64,000 nucleotides of DNA. Source: Octopus sinensis. Lineage: Eukaryota. A program made the position numbers and the translations under genes. The first letter of the stretch is position 1. Every line of letters starts with the position of its first letter. Below, piece after piece: positions 40,434 through 53,172 of this stretch. The notes beneath the pieces are model-generated. The model worked only from the letters and a program-made list of their open reading frames with translations, searched no databases and had not been told where the DNA came from. The stretch covers positions 140,740,001 through 140,804,000 of the forward strand of contig NC_042998.1 in assembly GCF_006345805.1 (NCBI RefSeq). The letters run 5' to 3'.

Positions 40434-42729
40434 TATGTATGTATGTATATATGTTAATGGATGTGTGTGTGTACATGTGTGTTGTCTTGTCAGCTTGGCA
40501 TCATGTAATTCTTGTAGCCGCAACTAGTGGCGTTCATTTCTGTCATTCTGTGAAAACATGTCTGATCATGGGTAAATATTACTTTACTTGGAAACAGGCA
40601 AATGTTTGGCTACAGCGAAGGCACCTGGCTGCAGAAAATCTACCTTAAATTTTGAGTCATGCGATGACATACATAATAGAAACTGGATAAAAGAGTAAAG
40701 ACCTGCTTTGGTCATGAATGACCACGGGATTGCACCTACAAAGTTCCCCTCTGAGGTACAAATCCAGGCAAGATTGTTTATGAAAGACCAGCAGTTGCTC
40801 ATGCATACCAGCTTTCCCTCTCCATGCCACTGATGTTATCAAAGGGAAAGGCAAAGGCTGATACAGCTTGGCACCAGTCACATAACTCATTTCTACAGCT
40901 GAGTGAATTGGAACAACGTGAAATGAAATGACTTGCTCAAGAACACAACACAGCCTGGTCTGGGAATCAAACTCACTATCTCGTGATTGTGAGCCTGATG
41001 CTTTAACCATTGAGCCATGTGCTTTTACGGAAACTGGGTAACTGACCCTATGAGTTCTATGGCTTGTGACAGTAATTTCTAGAGTTGGTGATGACAACAC
41101 CGACATACATAGTGCTTGAATTTCAGTAGGAAAAATGCAAGTATGGCAGTATTTCCTCTAGATTTCAGTTCAGGGAAGCAAGGATTGGAAATGCTATATA
41201 GTTCAGTGTGAAGGCATGTAGCCTAGTGGCTAGGCTGTTGAACTCACAATTGGGTTCAATTCCCAGACCAAACAGCATATGTTCTTGAGCAAAACACTTC
41301 ATTTTCACATTGCTCCAGTCCGTTTCAATCAAAAAGGTGTTGGCCTGCTTGTCTAGCCAGCAGGGTGGCATCATTCAATGGCTAAAATGATACAAAGCAC
41401 GTTGTGACCAGCGATGTGTCACAACATCTGATAGTTTGATTGGTCGAATGGTCAAGTGATATAGTTCAGTAAGGGAGCAGAGTGGTATGATTAAGAACAA
41501 GAGGGTAAAGTAGGTGGTTTAGGAACTGGTGGTATGTTTGGACAAGCAGAGGGCCTTGTAGCAGCAGAGGAAGAGCTAGAGTGAGTAATTATCCAAGCTG
41601 GTGAATTGTAAATGTATTGGTGAGTGAAATTTTTGCTGATCAGCTGAAATTTAGAATGTTTGTACAAGCAGGAGCTGCACCACACAGTAGGTGTGTGAAT
41701 GGCATTCGAAGTAGTTCCTGTACAGCTGAAATGATAAATATATAAACTCTTTGAACTCAAGTTGATGATTTTTGAGACTGCTAAAGCTCTATGATGAAAC
41801 TTGAGTGGTTGATTTTTGGGTCACCCAGTGTTCAAATACATCAATTTTAGCCTTATTAATGTTAGAAAAATAGAAATTTCATGTAAGGAAAAAAAAAAAA
41901 AAAAAAGAAATGAAATCTTTCTGTGAAGGACAAGTAAGATATACAAACTAGAATAGAAATACATGTTATTAGAAGTAGACATGGACAGAAGTAGGTGTGC
42001 TCACTTCAGTATGAATATCTATCAAAAGAATGTACAGGTTTGGCAATGTAAAGAAGAAAAATAGAACTCAAAACCTAAGTTTTATAAGTGTTAATGTAAG
42101 AAGCTCTTGGCCCTTGAGTCACTGTTGCTTCTGCTAAATATTAATAAAAATATGTAGGTGGAGGTTCTGGATTCAGTTCCACTGCAAATGTCTTTTGCTA
42201 TAGCCCTTGAGTCAATCAAAGCCTTATGAGAGGATTTGGTAGATGAAAACTGAAAGAAGCCCATTGTATATAACTCTGTGTGTGTAGTTTGTCCACCACC
42301 ACTGCTTGACAACTGGTCTTGGTATGTTTAAGTCCCCATAACTTAGTGGATTGGCAAAAGAAACCAACTGAATAAGTACTAGGCCAATATATATATATAT
42401 ATGTGTGTGTGTGTGTCCCCGTCCTAGGGTTGATTTGTTCAACTAAAAATTCAGGGTGGTGTCCCAGCATGGCTACAGTCTAATGCCTGAAACAACTGAA
42501 AATAAGATAAAAAACCCCAAAAAACAGTAGCTATTTTGCAATTTGGCCAAATGAGGTTGAGTGAATAACCTGGAGTTATAAGGATACCACTTCACTTTGA
42601 AGAAAAAGTGGAATGGTTTCTTGGCCAGATTTAAGCCCAACACTTTTTCACAAGAAGATAAAATTGAGTTATTGAGAGGAGTCTTCGCAAGGAATAACAA
42701 AGAAAAAATCAGGCACTTTATTAGTTATG

Positions 42730-43020
42730 ATGACAAAGGTTCCAGGCGATCTAACCAATGGAACACTTGTGAAATTAATGCGCAAGTGGCTGAGCACTCC
42801 ACAGACATGAGTACTCTTAGTTCTCAGGGAGATTCAGTATGATACAATGTGACAAGGGTTGTGCTTTGAAATACAGGTACTACTCATGTTTGCCAGCTGG
42901 GTGGACTGGAGCAGCAAGAAAAAGTGTCTTCATAAAGGACACAACATGCTGCCAGCTATCAAGACCCATGACCTTATGATCTTGAGCCAAATAGTCTAAC
43001 CACCTAGCCATGCACCTTAA
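42730..43020 (-). mobile_element. tRNA-head SINE family B1; related or partial copies at 32095-32265 (-), 37447-37645 (+), 41213-41330 (+) and 57365-57600 (+)
   Basis: Shares the head and the ctccagtccactcagctggcaaaaatgagta block; tail ..tctgtggagtgctcagccactt.. in this copy. Confidence 0.75.
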
Positions 43021-43860
43021 CAGCAAGGAATATAAAGAAGTGTTCACAACAGGAATATAATCTGTTAATCTTTTAGTTAACAGGCTTGTATTTAATCATT
43101 CAGCTAATTCATTTGCTAACCTCACTGAAAGGAAAATGCATCATATTTCAGTGCAATGAGAAATTCATGCCTAAGATGAATAGGAATATAGAACAAGAGA
43201 AAAAAAAAATACAGGTATACATATATTAAAACTGTGAACAGATATTTAACATGTCTGCGTACCCCCAAAGAATCACTATGGAAACTGTCTAGGGAAGGGC
43301 AATCTCCTTATAGATAATGCACGTGAAAACATACTGTACTTGGCTATGAATGAGGTTATTGGACTGTAGAACATGCGTTTCTGTGTCATTACACTTCATC
43401 AGCTACGGGTGTCGAATATGTTATTCGCAGCTCATGAAGAACTTCCGTTGCTGTATTTAAATAACAAAAGAAACAAAACACACACACACACACATTTACT
43501 GAAGTAGTCCAGTGCGGTGTGTTTCCGCACACATCATCATCATTTAACATCTGTTTACCATGCTGGCATGGATTGAACGGTTCAACAAGAGCTGGCAAGC
43601 TGAAGAGCCACCCTGGGCTCCATGTCTGTTTTGGCAAGGTTTCTATGGTTGGATGCCCTTCCTAACACCAACCACTTTACAGAGTGTACTGGGTGCTTTT
43701 AGGCAGCACCACAATGGGTACTTTTTATGTGGCATCAGCATTCGTGTGCTCGCAAGATTAGGGATGCTCAGCTAAAGAGGGATGCAGGGGACATGCCTGT
43801 ATGCAAAGACAACCACTATATTTTGCCAATAGCTTGGTGATACCTGCGCAGAGGTTTATG

Positions 43861-44300
43861 CAAAGTTTTCAAAGAGTTTTCATTGTTCTCAACACAATCA
43901 AAGAGATCTTGTGCAATTGAAACCCGAGCGTCTTTTTAGTTAGCTGAAAGCAGTTTAAACACAAACTTAGCAGATGCGTCTCACACCTAAATCTTCAGTG
44001 ATAATGGACTGAACTGAACAGTAACTAATCTGCACATCTGCCGATAACTCATGGATGGTGATTCGATGATTTCCCCTCACAGTTGCATGCATGTCTGCAA
44101 TGTTTTTCTCAGTTCTGCTGGTTGCAGTTCTCCTAGAACGTTTGTTAATATCGACATTTGATTAGCTATCTTGGAAACACCTGCACCACTCATACATTTG
44201 TGTGTGGCTTATACACTCCTCTCCATACACTTTCTGCAACTTTGTGTAGGCTTCTGAGCAGATATCACCATGACAACTTTGTCTGTCATGGTCAGTGCAA
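43861..44300 (-). pseudogene. Decayed mariner transposase N-terminal (HTH) fragment
   Basis: Manual translation GDICSEAYTKLQKVYGEECISHTQMYEWCRCFQDS*...SRTEKNIAD...ITIHELSADVQISYCSVQSIITEDLGVRRI / AKFVFKLLSAN*KDARVSIAQDL. It contains stops and a frameshift, and the catalytic domain is absent. Confidence 0.85.
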
Positions 44301-45049
44301 CAATCACACACTACACACATTGCTTCCAAGCACTGCTGTAAACAGCAAAAGTGAGCTAGAATGTTAAAACTTGGTGTACCTGTAATTAATTCCAGCTTGA
44401 CAAAACTTTCTACACATCAGCAAATGATTTATTTTCCTGCTTACATATATGAAAGGCAGTTCTTTGTGGCCTATGGACAACAGATACAGTGTTTGTAGCT
44501 GATGATGCAGAGACACATATCCTACAGTTCAATAGTTATTCATAGCCCATAGTGGTATGGCGTGGTTACATACCCCACCTCCCGTCACAGTTTCCACAGC
44601 GAAAGTCCTTTTATATGTGAGTGCACCCCAAAGTATTAAATATAAATGTACACACTTTAACTTTATTTTAATCCTCACTAGTGTGCCTTTAATTAATGTA
44701 CATACATTTATTTAACCCTTTAGTATTCAAGCAGGTCATACCCAGCCCAAATATTCTATTTTCTGTTCAAATCGGCTAGATCTGGCCCCACTCACCTACA
44801 CTACAATAGTCACATCATCAAAGTCTCAAAGCTACAAGATAATAACGGATTAATTCAAAACAATGTGAATAAAAAAGAGACATTACATTAGACAAAGTAA
44901 TCTGAATGCTAAAACATTAAAAGTAATATAACATATTTCATATATAAAAGCTGAATGAAAAACTGAAGTTAAACCCAAGAAGGGGCAGATGATTTGTTGA
45001 ATGAAAGAACTGAAGAGTTGAATAAAAAAAAAAAGCAACAACAGTAATA

Positions 45050-45725
45050 ATAAAGGTTTCAAATTTTAGCACAAGGCCAGCAGTTTCAAAGAGAGCAGGG
45101 GGTAAGTCAATTACATCAGCCCCAGTGCTCAACTAGTACTTACTTCATTGACCCTGAAAAGATGAAAGGCGAAGTTGACCATAGCAGAATTTGAACTCAG
45201 AATGTAAAGATAGACCAAATGTTTAGCAGCAGTTTGTCTGGTGTGCTTAATGATCCTGTCAGTTTGCCATCTTTATAATTATAATAATAATGATCTCCAT
45301 GTACATGCAATTTTATTCATTGAGTTTTATAAATTTCATACAGATATATTTTTTTTATTTTTAAAGACACTCACATCAGGTTTTTCAATTGCATGGCACC
45401 TCACCTGTCTGCATCTTTACATGCAAAAAACTTACTGTCCCTTGATGTCTCTTGTTGAGACTTGGCTGCAGCTCATAAAATGAAGCAAAGGCAAAACAGC
45501 AACAATAACAACAACAAATAATCTTTTCCATTACAGGCACAAGGTCTGAAATTTTGTAGGAGGGGTCTGGTTGATTACATCAACTGGTACTCATTTTATC
45601 AACCATGTAACGATGAAACACAAAGTCAACCTCAGCAGAATTTGAACTCAGAATGTAAAGACAGGCGAGATGCTGCTAAGCATTTTGTCCTGCATGGAAA
45701 TGATTCTGCCAGCTGGCCACTTTAA
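45050..45725 (-). mobile_element. Two family-A SINEs (45050-45275 and 45520-45725) just downstream of the RGS exon donor
   Basis: Same unit; the (AAT)n run at about 45741-45770 abuts the donor region. Confidence 0.8.
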
Positions 45726-45784
45726 AACATATGTACATACAATAATAATAATAATAATAATAATTATAAAAATAAATGACTTAC

Positions 45785-46815
45785 CCTGTTATTGTCTCTG
45801 TTCTCCATGACGTAGACTCCAGTCGAGAATACCTAAAATTATTACTGGGCGGTTTCATTAATGGTCCGGGAATCACAGAATGGGATTGCAAAACTGTACT
45901 AGTATTAAGTTCCTGATCTTCAGGTAGAGTAGGAAGTGGCACCGATACAGGGCGCACACTGTTAGAACCACTGGACGAATTGCTACTACCCTTTGGACTC
46001 TTTCCACCTTGCTGTACATACTGAACGTACAGGTCAGATTTCAAAAATAAAGGGTATGTATTGTTCCGAAGATAATTCAAAACCTCTTCTTGCACACCGT
46101 CGAAAACTGACTGATCTAGCATCAAAGGTTTTTTTAACCGTTCTGTTAATTCTTTTCGCGTTTCCGAGCTAATGAATGGTATAGAATCCCCTCGAAGAAA
46201 CTTCTTGTGTATTACTTTGATGAGGTGAGGGATTTCTCCCGCGGAACGGGCAGGATGCTTTAAACCTTGACACGCAAACCAGAACTCCAACATAGTTGCA
46301 GCACCGGTTTCTTGCGTTAAAAATGTCTGTAAAAGATTCACCCCATCACTGTCATCTAAAAGATTATCAAAGTTTTCTGCCCACTTCAAATAAGGGGGCG
46401 TCGTAGCATCTGTTTCTGCATAGGGGGGAGTGTTGACTGCACTACCCTCCGGTGCATCCATTTCTTTAGTGTCTGGGCAGTCTGCTGTAGAAATACCTGA
46501 GCTGCAATGTGCAGCTTCATTCAGTCGCTGCTGTACATGGTGTGGTGTTCCATAGAACAATGCCAACGACTGTGGTCCAGATGCTGTACCAGCAGCTGCT
46601 CTGTTCGCCTGGCTACCAGACGTTGAGATGCAGACATTATCTTTGCAGGAGGCGGAGGTACATGGTGCAACACAACAAGGACTTGACGTCTTGCAACCGG
46701 TACAAGATGATTGCCTGTAATTTTCATTCTCCTTGCCAGGAACTGGTGGACGTGGTAAGTTTTCATGAAACTTCTCATGGGCCTCACTCACTGTTTGTAA
46801 ACTCCTTTTGTTCAT
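45785..46815 (-). CDS. Axin: Axin, first coding exon (343 codons + 2 nt): tankyrase-binding motif, RGS domain and LPTLxED segment
   Basis: The ORF carries the Axin hallmarks PRPPVPGKE (aa 21-29), PEGSA..[26 protein letters not shown] and LPTLPED. Acceptor ttctttttcttttgcAG at 46858-46857, so the exon starts at 46856. An in-frame TGA at 46839-46837 lies upstream of ATG 46815. Donor CAGG|GTAAGT at 45784; the ORF-track TAA is intronic. Confidence 0.97.
46012..46389 (-). other. Axin: RGS (APC-binding) domain, approx. aa 143-268
   Basis: LKWAENFDNLLDDSDGV...MLEFWFACQGLK...[24 protein letters not shown]. Confidence 0.93.
46729..46752 (-). other. Axin: Tankyrase-binding motif 1 (RPPVPGKE, aa 22-29)
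   Basis: Near-identical to the canonical Axin RPPVPGEE: Arg at position 1, Gly at 6, acidic residue at 8. Confidence 0.9.
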
Positions 46816-47729
46816 CCTTCTGACATAGCTGTGCCTTCATTTATGTATCCAGTTGGCTGCAAAAGAAAAAGAAACAATGATAGTAACAAAGAAAATAAAT
46901 CAGGGCAGCAATCAAGATAATTAGCATTTCATGAAACAATAACAGTGAATTCATACAGATTGTGGTGGCAAATTATTTGGGCACCTTATATTTTTCTTAC
47001 TTGAAAAATCAGGAAGGGCAACTGGCAACAAAACACTGCCTCAAATAACATATTTATCCAACCTATGCAAGCATGGGAAAATGGACATAAAGATTGCATT
47101 TACTAACATTATAAGAATTGAAATGGCTAAGATTGTAAGAGAAACATAAACTGCCAAGACATAAACAGAGATCTTGACAGCATCTCTCAGTGGAAGCCAT
47201 GCCAACCTTTTCTCTTAACAGAGAGAGAGAGAGAAAACTCAAACCCTGCTCATATCAGGAAAACATCACCACACACTCTCTAAACATAAGCAAGACTTAA
47301 CTAAAAGCCTTCATAATCATTTATGGCCTCACTAACCAACAAGCTCTTCTGACAAAAGCACAACCATAGCATAGCAGCACTTCCTAAAGACAACAAACTG
47401 ATTATAATTGTAATATATAAAACCAAGAGTAAGGCCATAGATAATAACTATGAGAGAAATTTCTTTACAATCATTATCACCAGCATCAAACATCATTTTA
47501 TATCCACTTTTCCATGCTTGCACGAGTCAGACAGAATTTGATGAGGAAGATTTTCTGTGGCTGGATGACCTTCCTGTTTCCAAGCAATGCAATTTTCTCC
47601 CATAGCTAGACATATTTTTCACAGAAGACTGGCAAGAACAACCTAGCTTGTATACTGATGTTTTTTCTAGACATCAGTATACTTGCTACACAAACATATG
47701 CATACCCACACACCCATACACACAAACCC

Positions 47730-47761
<32 letters not shown>

Positions 47762-48859
47762 TATCTATAGTCTTCTTTCAGTTTCCATCTGCCAAATCTA
47801 CTCAAAGGCATTGTAGGCAACCCAAGGTTTCATAGAAGTCACACTTGTTCAAGGTGCCATCCAGCAGGACTGAACCCAACATGGTTGGGAACCACACAAC
47901 CATCCGCACACACACACATACATACATACATACATACATACATCTTGGTTAGTAGTCCTACACTTCAGTGGCTGCCTACTCAACCAATTCAACAACACAT
48001 TGCTAACTAAACACCAGTTATTTGTTTCCTCATTCCCTACACCTACAAATATGTTCTTCACTGAACATATTTACATTATGAGAATTATTTGAAGCAAATA
48101 ACAACAGAGTAAACATATTAAGAGAGTCTAGCCTATAGATCAAAATTATTTATTTATTCTCCACTAATGTTGGTCTATTAATTAAAAAAATAAATAAAAT
48201 AAAGGAAAACGAAATAGACATGCATGCAAAAACATAGGCACATACAACACACACACGAAAAGCAGGTGTGCATACGCAAACATACCCTGGTCTGTAAAAC
48301 AAGCAGTATGTACATGTGGATGCTATATACAAATTTTGAACATTAAATTGGTTCCAACATCAAAGCTTTCAGTTGTTTCTGTGATGCTTGTGAAGGAGCA
48401 AATCAAGCGGACAGGCAGTGCGTTTCTTTTGTGGGTTACAGAGTGCATAAAAATGTTTCATCTTGTTATATATTATCATTTACGTACAAGGCCAGTAGAA
48501 AATAGAATTACTATAGGAAGGGAGGGGGAAAGAGAGATCGACAACTATGATAGCTGATGACTGTCCATATACACATTATAGGAGAGAGAGGGCTTTTCAT
48601 GAGCAGTTTTATGTAAGAATTGTTTTTGAAAAAAAAAGGGAAAGAAAGAATAAACTGAAAACGAAAACAAAAGTTATATTTAAAATAAGAAAAAAATTGA
48701 ATTATGAAAAATAAAAAAAACTTGTACGCAATCAAAATTACCAAGTAGAGATAAAATGAAGAGATGAAGTGAGATATAAAAACGAAATGAAAATTAGATT
48801 TGAAAATTCATCCACTAATATTTTTAGTGTCTAGAAAGTGGGAAGGCAGACAACAATGG

Positions 48860-48890
<31 letters not shown>

Positions 48891-49258
48891 GCAGTCCAAT
48901 AATAAAAAAGCAAAATAACAGAAAACAATGCATTAAATTTATGTTCAGGAAAAATGGAAGAAGTCTTGTTCGAGCCTATTATACTCTTCTACAGAAAGGA
49001 TAGATAAGGAGAAAAAGAGTGTATCAGAATTAAGCACGCACGCACATTTTCTTCTTCTTTTGGTCAAGTTAGTCCCTAGTTACTTTGAGTTTTGCTTGTG
49101 AGAACACAGGGCCTTCAGACAAGTTATGAGAGTTAATGGTCAATCATAACTTGCTCGAAGACCTTATGTTTCCACAGGCAAAACTCAGGAAGTAAAATAA
49201 AGATATCATCTTTACTATATGGTATCAAGTACTCTTTCTTTCAATAATCAATGGTAGA

Positions 49259-49312
<54 letters not shown>

Positions 49313-51229
49313 CACACTGTAAATTTTGCATTTCATTGGTTTTGTAGTTGCTATTTTGCACCAGGCCATCCCTGATTGAGCACACTTATAATCAAAAGCA
49401 TTCAACCATGATCAGCTTGTCCTTTTCTCTTGGTACTGGGCACTAAAAACCATGTCTTTCAATGCTTCCTTCTTTTCAAGGGATGCTGCTATTTGAAGGT
49501 CATTGATTAAAAAGGGACCAGCCACACAGAAAAAGAATAGGTATATATTCACATACAGAAAACACATGCATGTGTATGAAGATATAATTATACATAAACC
49601 CTACACTTTGAAAGCTGTATTCCTTTATTCTTAATATTTGGTAGTTACATATTGGATGGACAACTGGATATAGGGCGAACTACTTAGAGGACGATCTCAT
49701 AATGCTAGACCTTACAAAGTAGATGACAGAGGACTGAGATATATGGTGCATTACTGTACTTGAAAAGACCCACCCACCATAACAGCAGTGACATCTTAAA
49801 ACCAAAGTGCCACATAAAAAGCACCCAGTACACGGTGGAGTGGATGGTATTAGGAAGGGTACCCAGCCAAAACAGATGATGGAACCTCATGCAGTTCCTG
49901 GCCTTGCCAGTTCCAGTCAAGCCATCCATGCCAGCATGGAAAATGTTAAATGTTGAATATTTCTGTTGACATACATTTATCAACATTGTGTTAATGTCCA
50001 CTTTTCCAAGCTTGCCTGGGTCCAGATTTTCTTATAACCAGATGCTCTTCCTATTGCCAACCCTCACCTGTTTCCTTGCAAGGTAATTAATCTGGTTGTC
50101 TATTGAACACTGAATAGCTCTGATATGATTATGCAGTAAATGGGAAACAAACAACACTATGTGAATAAACCTTTTGTAAAATTAAAAGACTGTGCAACAA
50201 GCTGAAACATGTCAAGAAAGCCGGACATGCTTTTATGGTTGACTGCAAGTAAAGGACATTGCCTCTATAAACAGTAAGGCCTTGTTTACAGTTAATGGGC
50301 ACACATGGAGATGAGAAAAAAACAACTCATTCACGCAAGCACACAAAAATATATAGATACAAGTATACACAAATATATTCCCATACACAGCATATTAAGA
50401 TTCAAGTGAATAAGGCACTGGGTTGGTCAAAAATTAAAATACATGCACAGCAACTATAGACAAGTACAAACATCGGTACTGAATGATAAAATGTATCTAT
50501 TAATCAATCAAAAAATTTGTTGGAAACAGCTGTAACGAATTGACACCTCTCCATCATTTGTTATTTTTATACACACACACACACATATATATATATAAAG
50601 CATACACACACAGGCATGTGCACACGCACACAAACATACATGCACAAGAGATTGGTCAACCTATTATGTTGAGAAATTGGTAGACAACATTCACACAGTG
50701 AAACCAAACCCCCTAATGTTCTTAACCAGGCCTGCTTCTATTGTGCATCTATCATAGGCAGGGCTGCATCTAATGTGCTTCAATTAATTTTGAAAATTAT
50801 GAAGAATTTAGTAAAACAACTTATTATTAAGCTGGTGTTTGAAACATAAATTAACACAGAACTGATAGAAGCTTTGATTTAGATTGTTTTAAAACAGGAA
50901 GGTCTTTCATCAAAGAACCAGAGACAGTCTCAGGTGGCTTGGTACCAAAAAGGTTAAACAAAAACCATCATGGATGGTGAACATTAAATTATCATGAAAA
51001 TTTCAGTCATCATGAAATATAAATCCTCCTCGTCAATGAGGTTCTTTCATTTGTGTTTCATTCCAAATTTGTATGTTTAATGTAATGTTCTTAAAAAATA
51101 TATGCAACATATATACACACACGTACCCATGTATACACATAGCTTTGAGGGATTTAGAGACAATATGGAAAAGGAAGATATGGAAGTTGAAAAATTCCTT
51201 TAATAACAGTCAAGAACTATTTGAACACA

Positions 51230-51970
51230 TGATAGGAAGGAATAAGAACTGAATGATACAAACTATGTTCGTGGCTGGTACAAGGTTCCATCCAGATGGA
51301 CGGTAATATAGGGGTGGTAAAACCCTCCAGACAGTGCTATAGAAGCTAACAGAGGTTTAAAAAGATTGAAAGAAAAAGGATCCAACCATAGAAATCATGC
51401 CAAAATGGAATGCATGAGTGAAGAGTTATGGGCCTCCAACCTGTCTAATAGTGTTGGTAATCCAAATGAGAAATGACTCAGATCTTGACTATAAACACAT
51501 GTCCGCAAGGAAAACAAATGTGATGCAGTTTGGCTTTGCATTAGCAAGAGGTACGATGAATTCTTCAAGTAGAGGAAATGTCAGGAGAATTACATAGCTG
51601 GGAGTAAGCTACTGCACCTAGTATATGTTGACTCGGAGAAGGTTCAGTAATGTGGTACTTGCAAAGAAAACTAGAGCTAGATGAGCGATTTGAGGACCAT
51701 GCACAGGAGATACAGTCAGCAACGTGAAAAGTTAGCAATTAGTAGCAATAATGAATTTAGCATTTAGCATTGAGTTTACCATGTTCTTAAAGCTGAACTG
51801 GCAATAGATTTAGAAAAATTCCAGGCACTTAGTTAAAAATCTAGAATCAGTAAGGTCCATGACTTCCATATACTGTAAACAACTGCTGCATAAGAGGTGT
51901 TGCGAGATCACAGGGAGGTAGAGAAAAGGACAACTTCATATGTAGCAGACCGTCATGTGCCTTCTTAATG
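51230..51970 (-). mobile_element. Possible highly decayed LINE (CR1-like) 3' remnant
   Basis: Higher-complexity block with weak similarity (AWNFSKSIASSA) to post-RT LINE motifs; no intact frame. Confidence 0.3.
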
Positions 51971-53084
51971 CTGTAAGCACCAAGATAAAGGCACATGGCT
52001 AAGTGGTTAGAGCGTTGAGCTTACGAGTTCGAATCCCGGACTGGGCTGCGTGTTGTGTTCTTGAGTTGGACACTTTATTTCACATTGCTCCAGTTCACTC
52101 AGCTGTAGAAATGAGCTGCGACGTCACAGGTGCCAAGCTGTATCGGCTGTTGCCTTTCCCTAGGATTACACTGGTAGCACGGAGAGGGGGGAGGCTGGTA
52201 TGCATGGGCAACTACTGGTCTTTCATAAACAACCTTGCCTGGACTTGTACCTGGGAGGGTAACTTTCTAGGTGCACTCCCACAGTCAGTCATGACCCAAG
52301 GGGGTCTCAGCAGGCACCAAGAAGGGACATGAAAGATATTCTCAGATGTCTGGATAGCAGCTTAGAAGTAGTTGATGACTTTTGTCACCTAGGTACGTAC
52401 TCATGTATTTATAAACAAAAAAGCAGGTATCACATTTGGGAGACAGTATTATAACTTCACCCTGTTCAGTCTTGGAGAACACATATGTAAACCATGCACA
52501 GTCACTAAAAAAAAAAAAAAAGGCTAGATCTCACAATTATTTTCTTGATGTTGCAAGAATTTCTTTGAGGAGAGTTACGAGGCAATAACTTTTGTATCTA
52601 CTTTATACAGCAGCTGCACATATCCTTTAAAGGTTGCTTTATAGGATTTGAAAACATGAATGGAAATGCTAGACAAATTGACCTTACTTCATGCACACAT
52701 ATACACACACAGATCTGTGTGTGTGTGTGTAATAGAAACTTTAAAAGGATTATGTATGTAGCCCTTTTAAAGTTTTTTTTTTAAAATGCTTTTGCTATCT
52801 GAAAGAACCAGAATGAACTGACATTAAATTTACCAATTAAGATATGCCAACTTTTGGGCAATGTGTTTGTTTTATGGTGTAAAAGTGGCTTCTATACAAA
52901 CACCCCCTCACACACACACAGACATCTTAGTCTCTAGCCTATGCTGCAGCAGGAGACATAGTAGTGTATGCAAGAGTAAAAGGACGAGACATCACAGATA
53001 CAAGTGAGTCAACAAGTAAAATCTTCCATTTCCGCATCCCATCCATCACCAACCAATCTGTTGCTAATACATGCATACACACAC

Positions 53085-53089
53085 TATAT

Positions 53090-53131
<42 letters not shown>

Positions 53132-53138
53132 TATATAT

Positions 53139-53172
<34 letters not shown>

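Larger units (their letters stand above)
20997..45784 (-). other. Axin: Axin intron, 24,788 nt, GT-AG, phase 2
   Basis: Bounded by the donor and acceptor of the two coding exons; in-frame junction. Confidence 0.9.

Noticed and set aside
46509-46823. Antisense (104 aa) and alternative-frame (88 aa) ORFs overlapping the Axin exon
   Set aside because: Shadow ORFs of a GC-richer coding exon with no independent signal.
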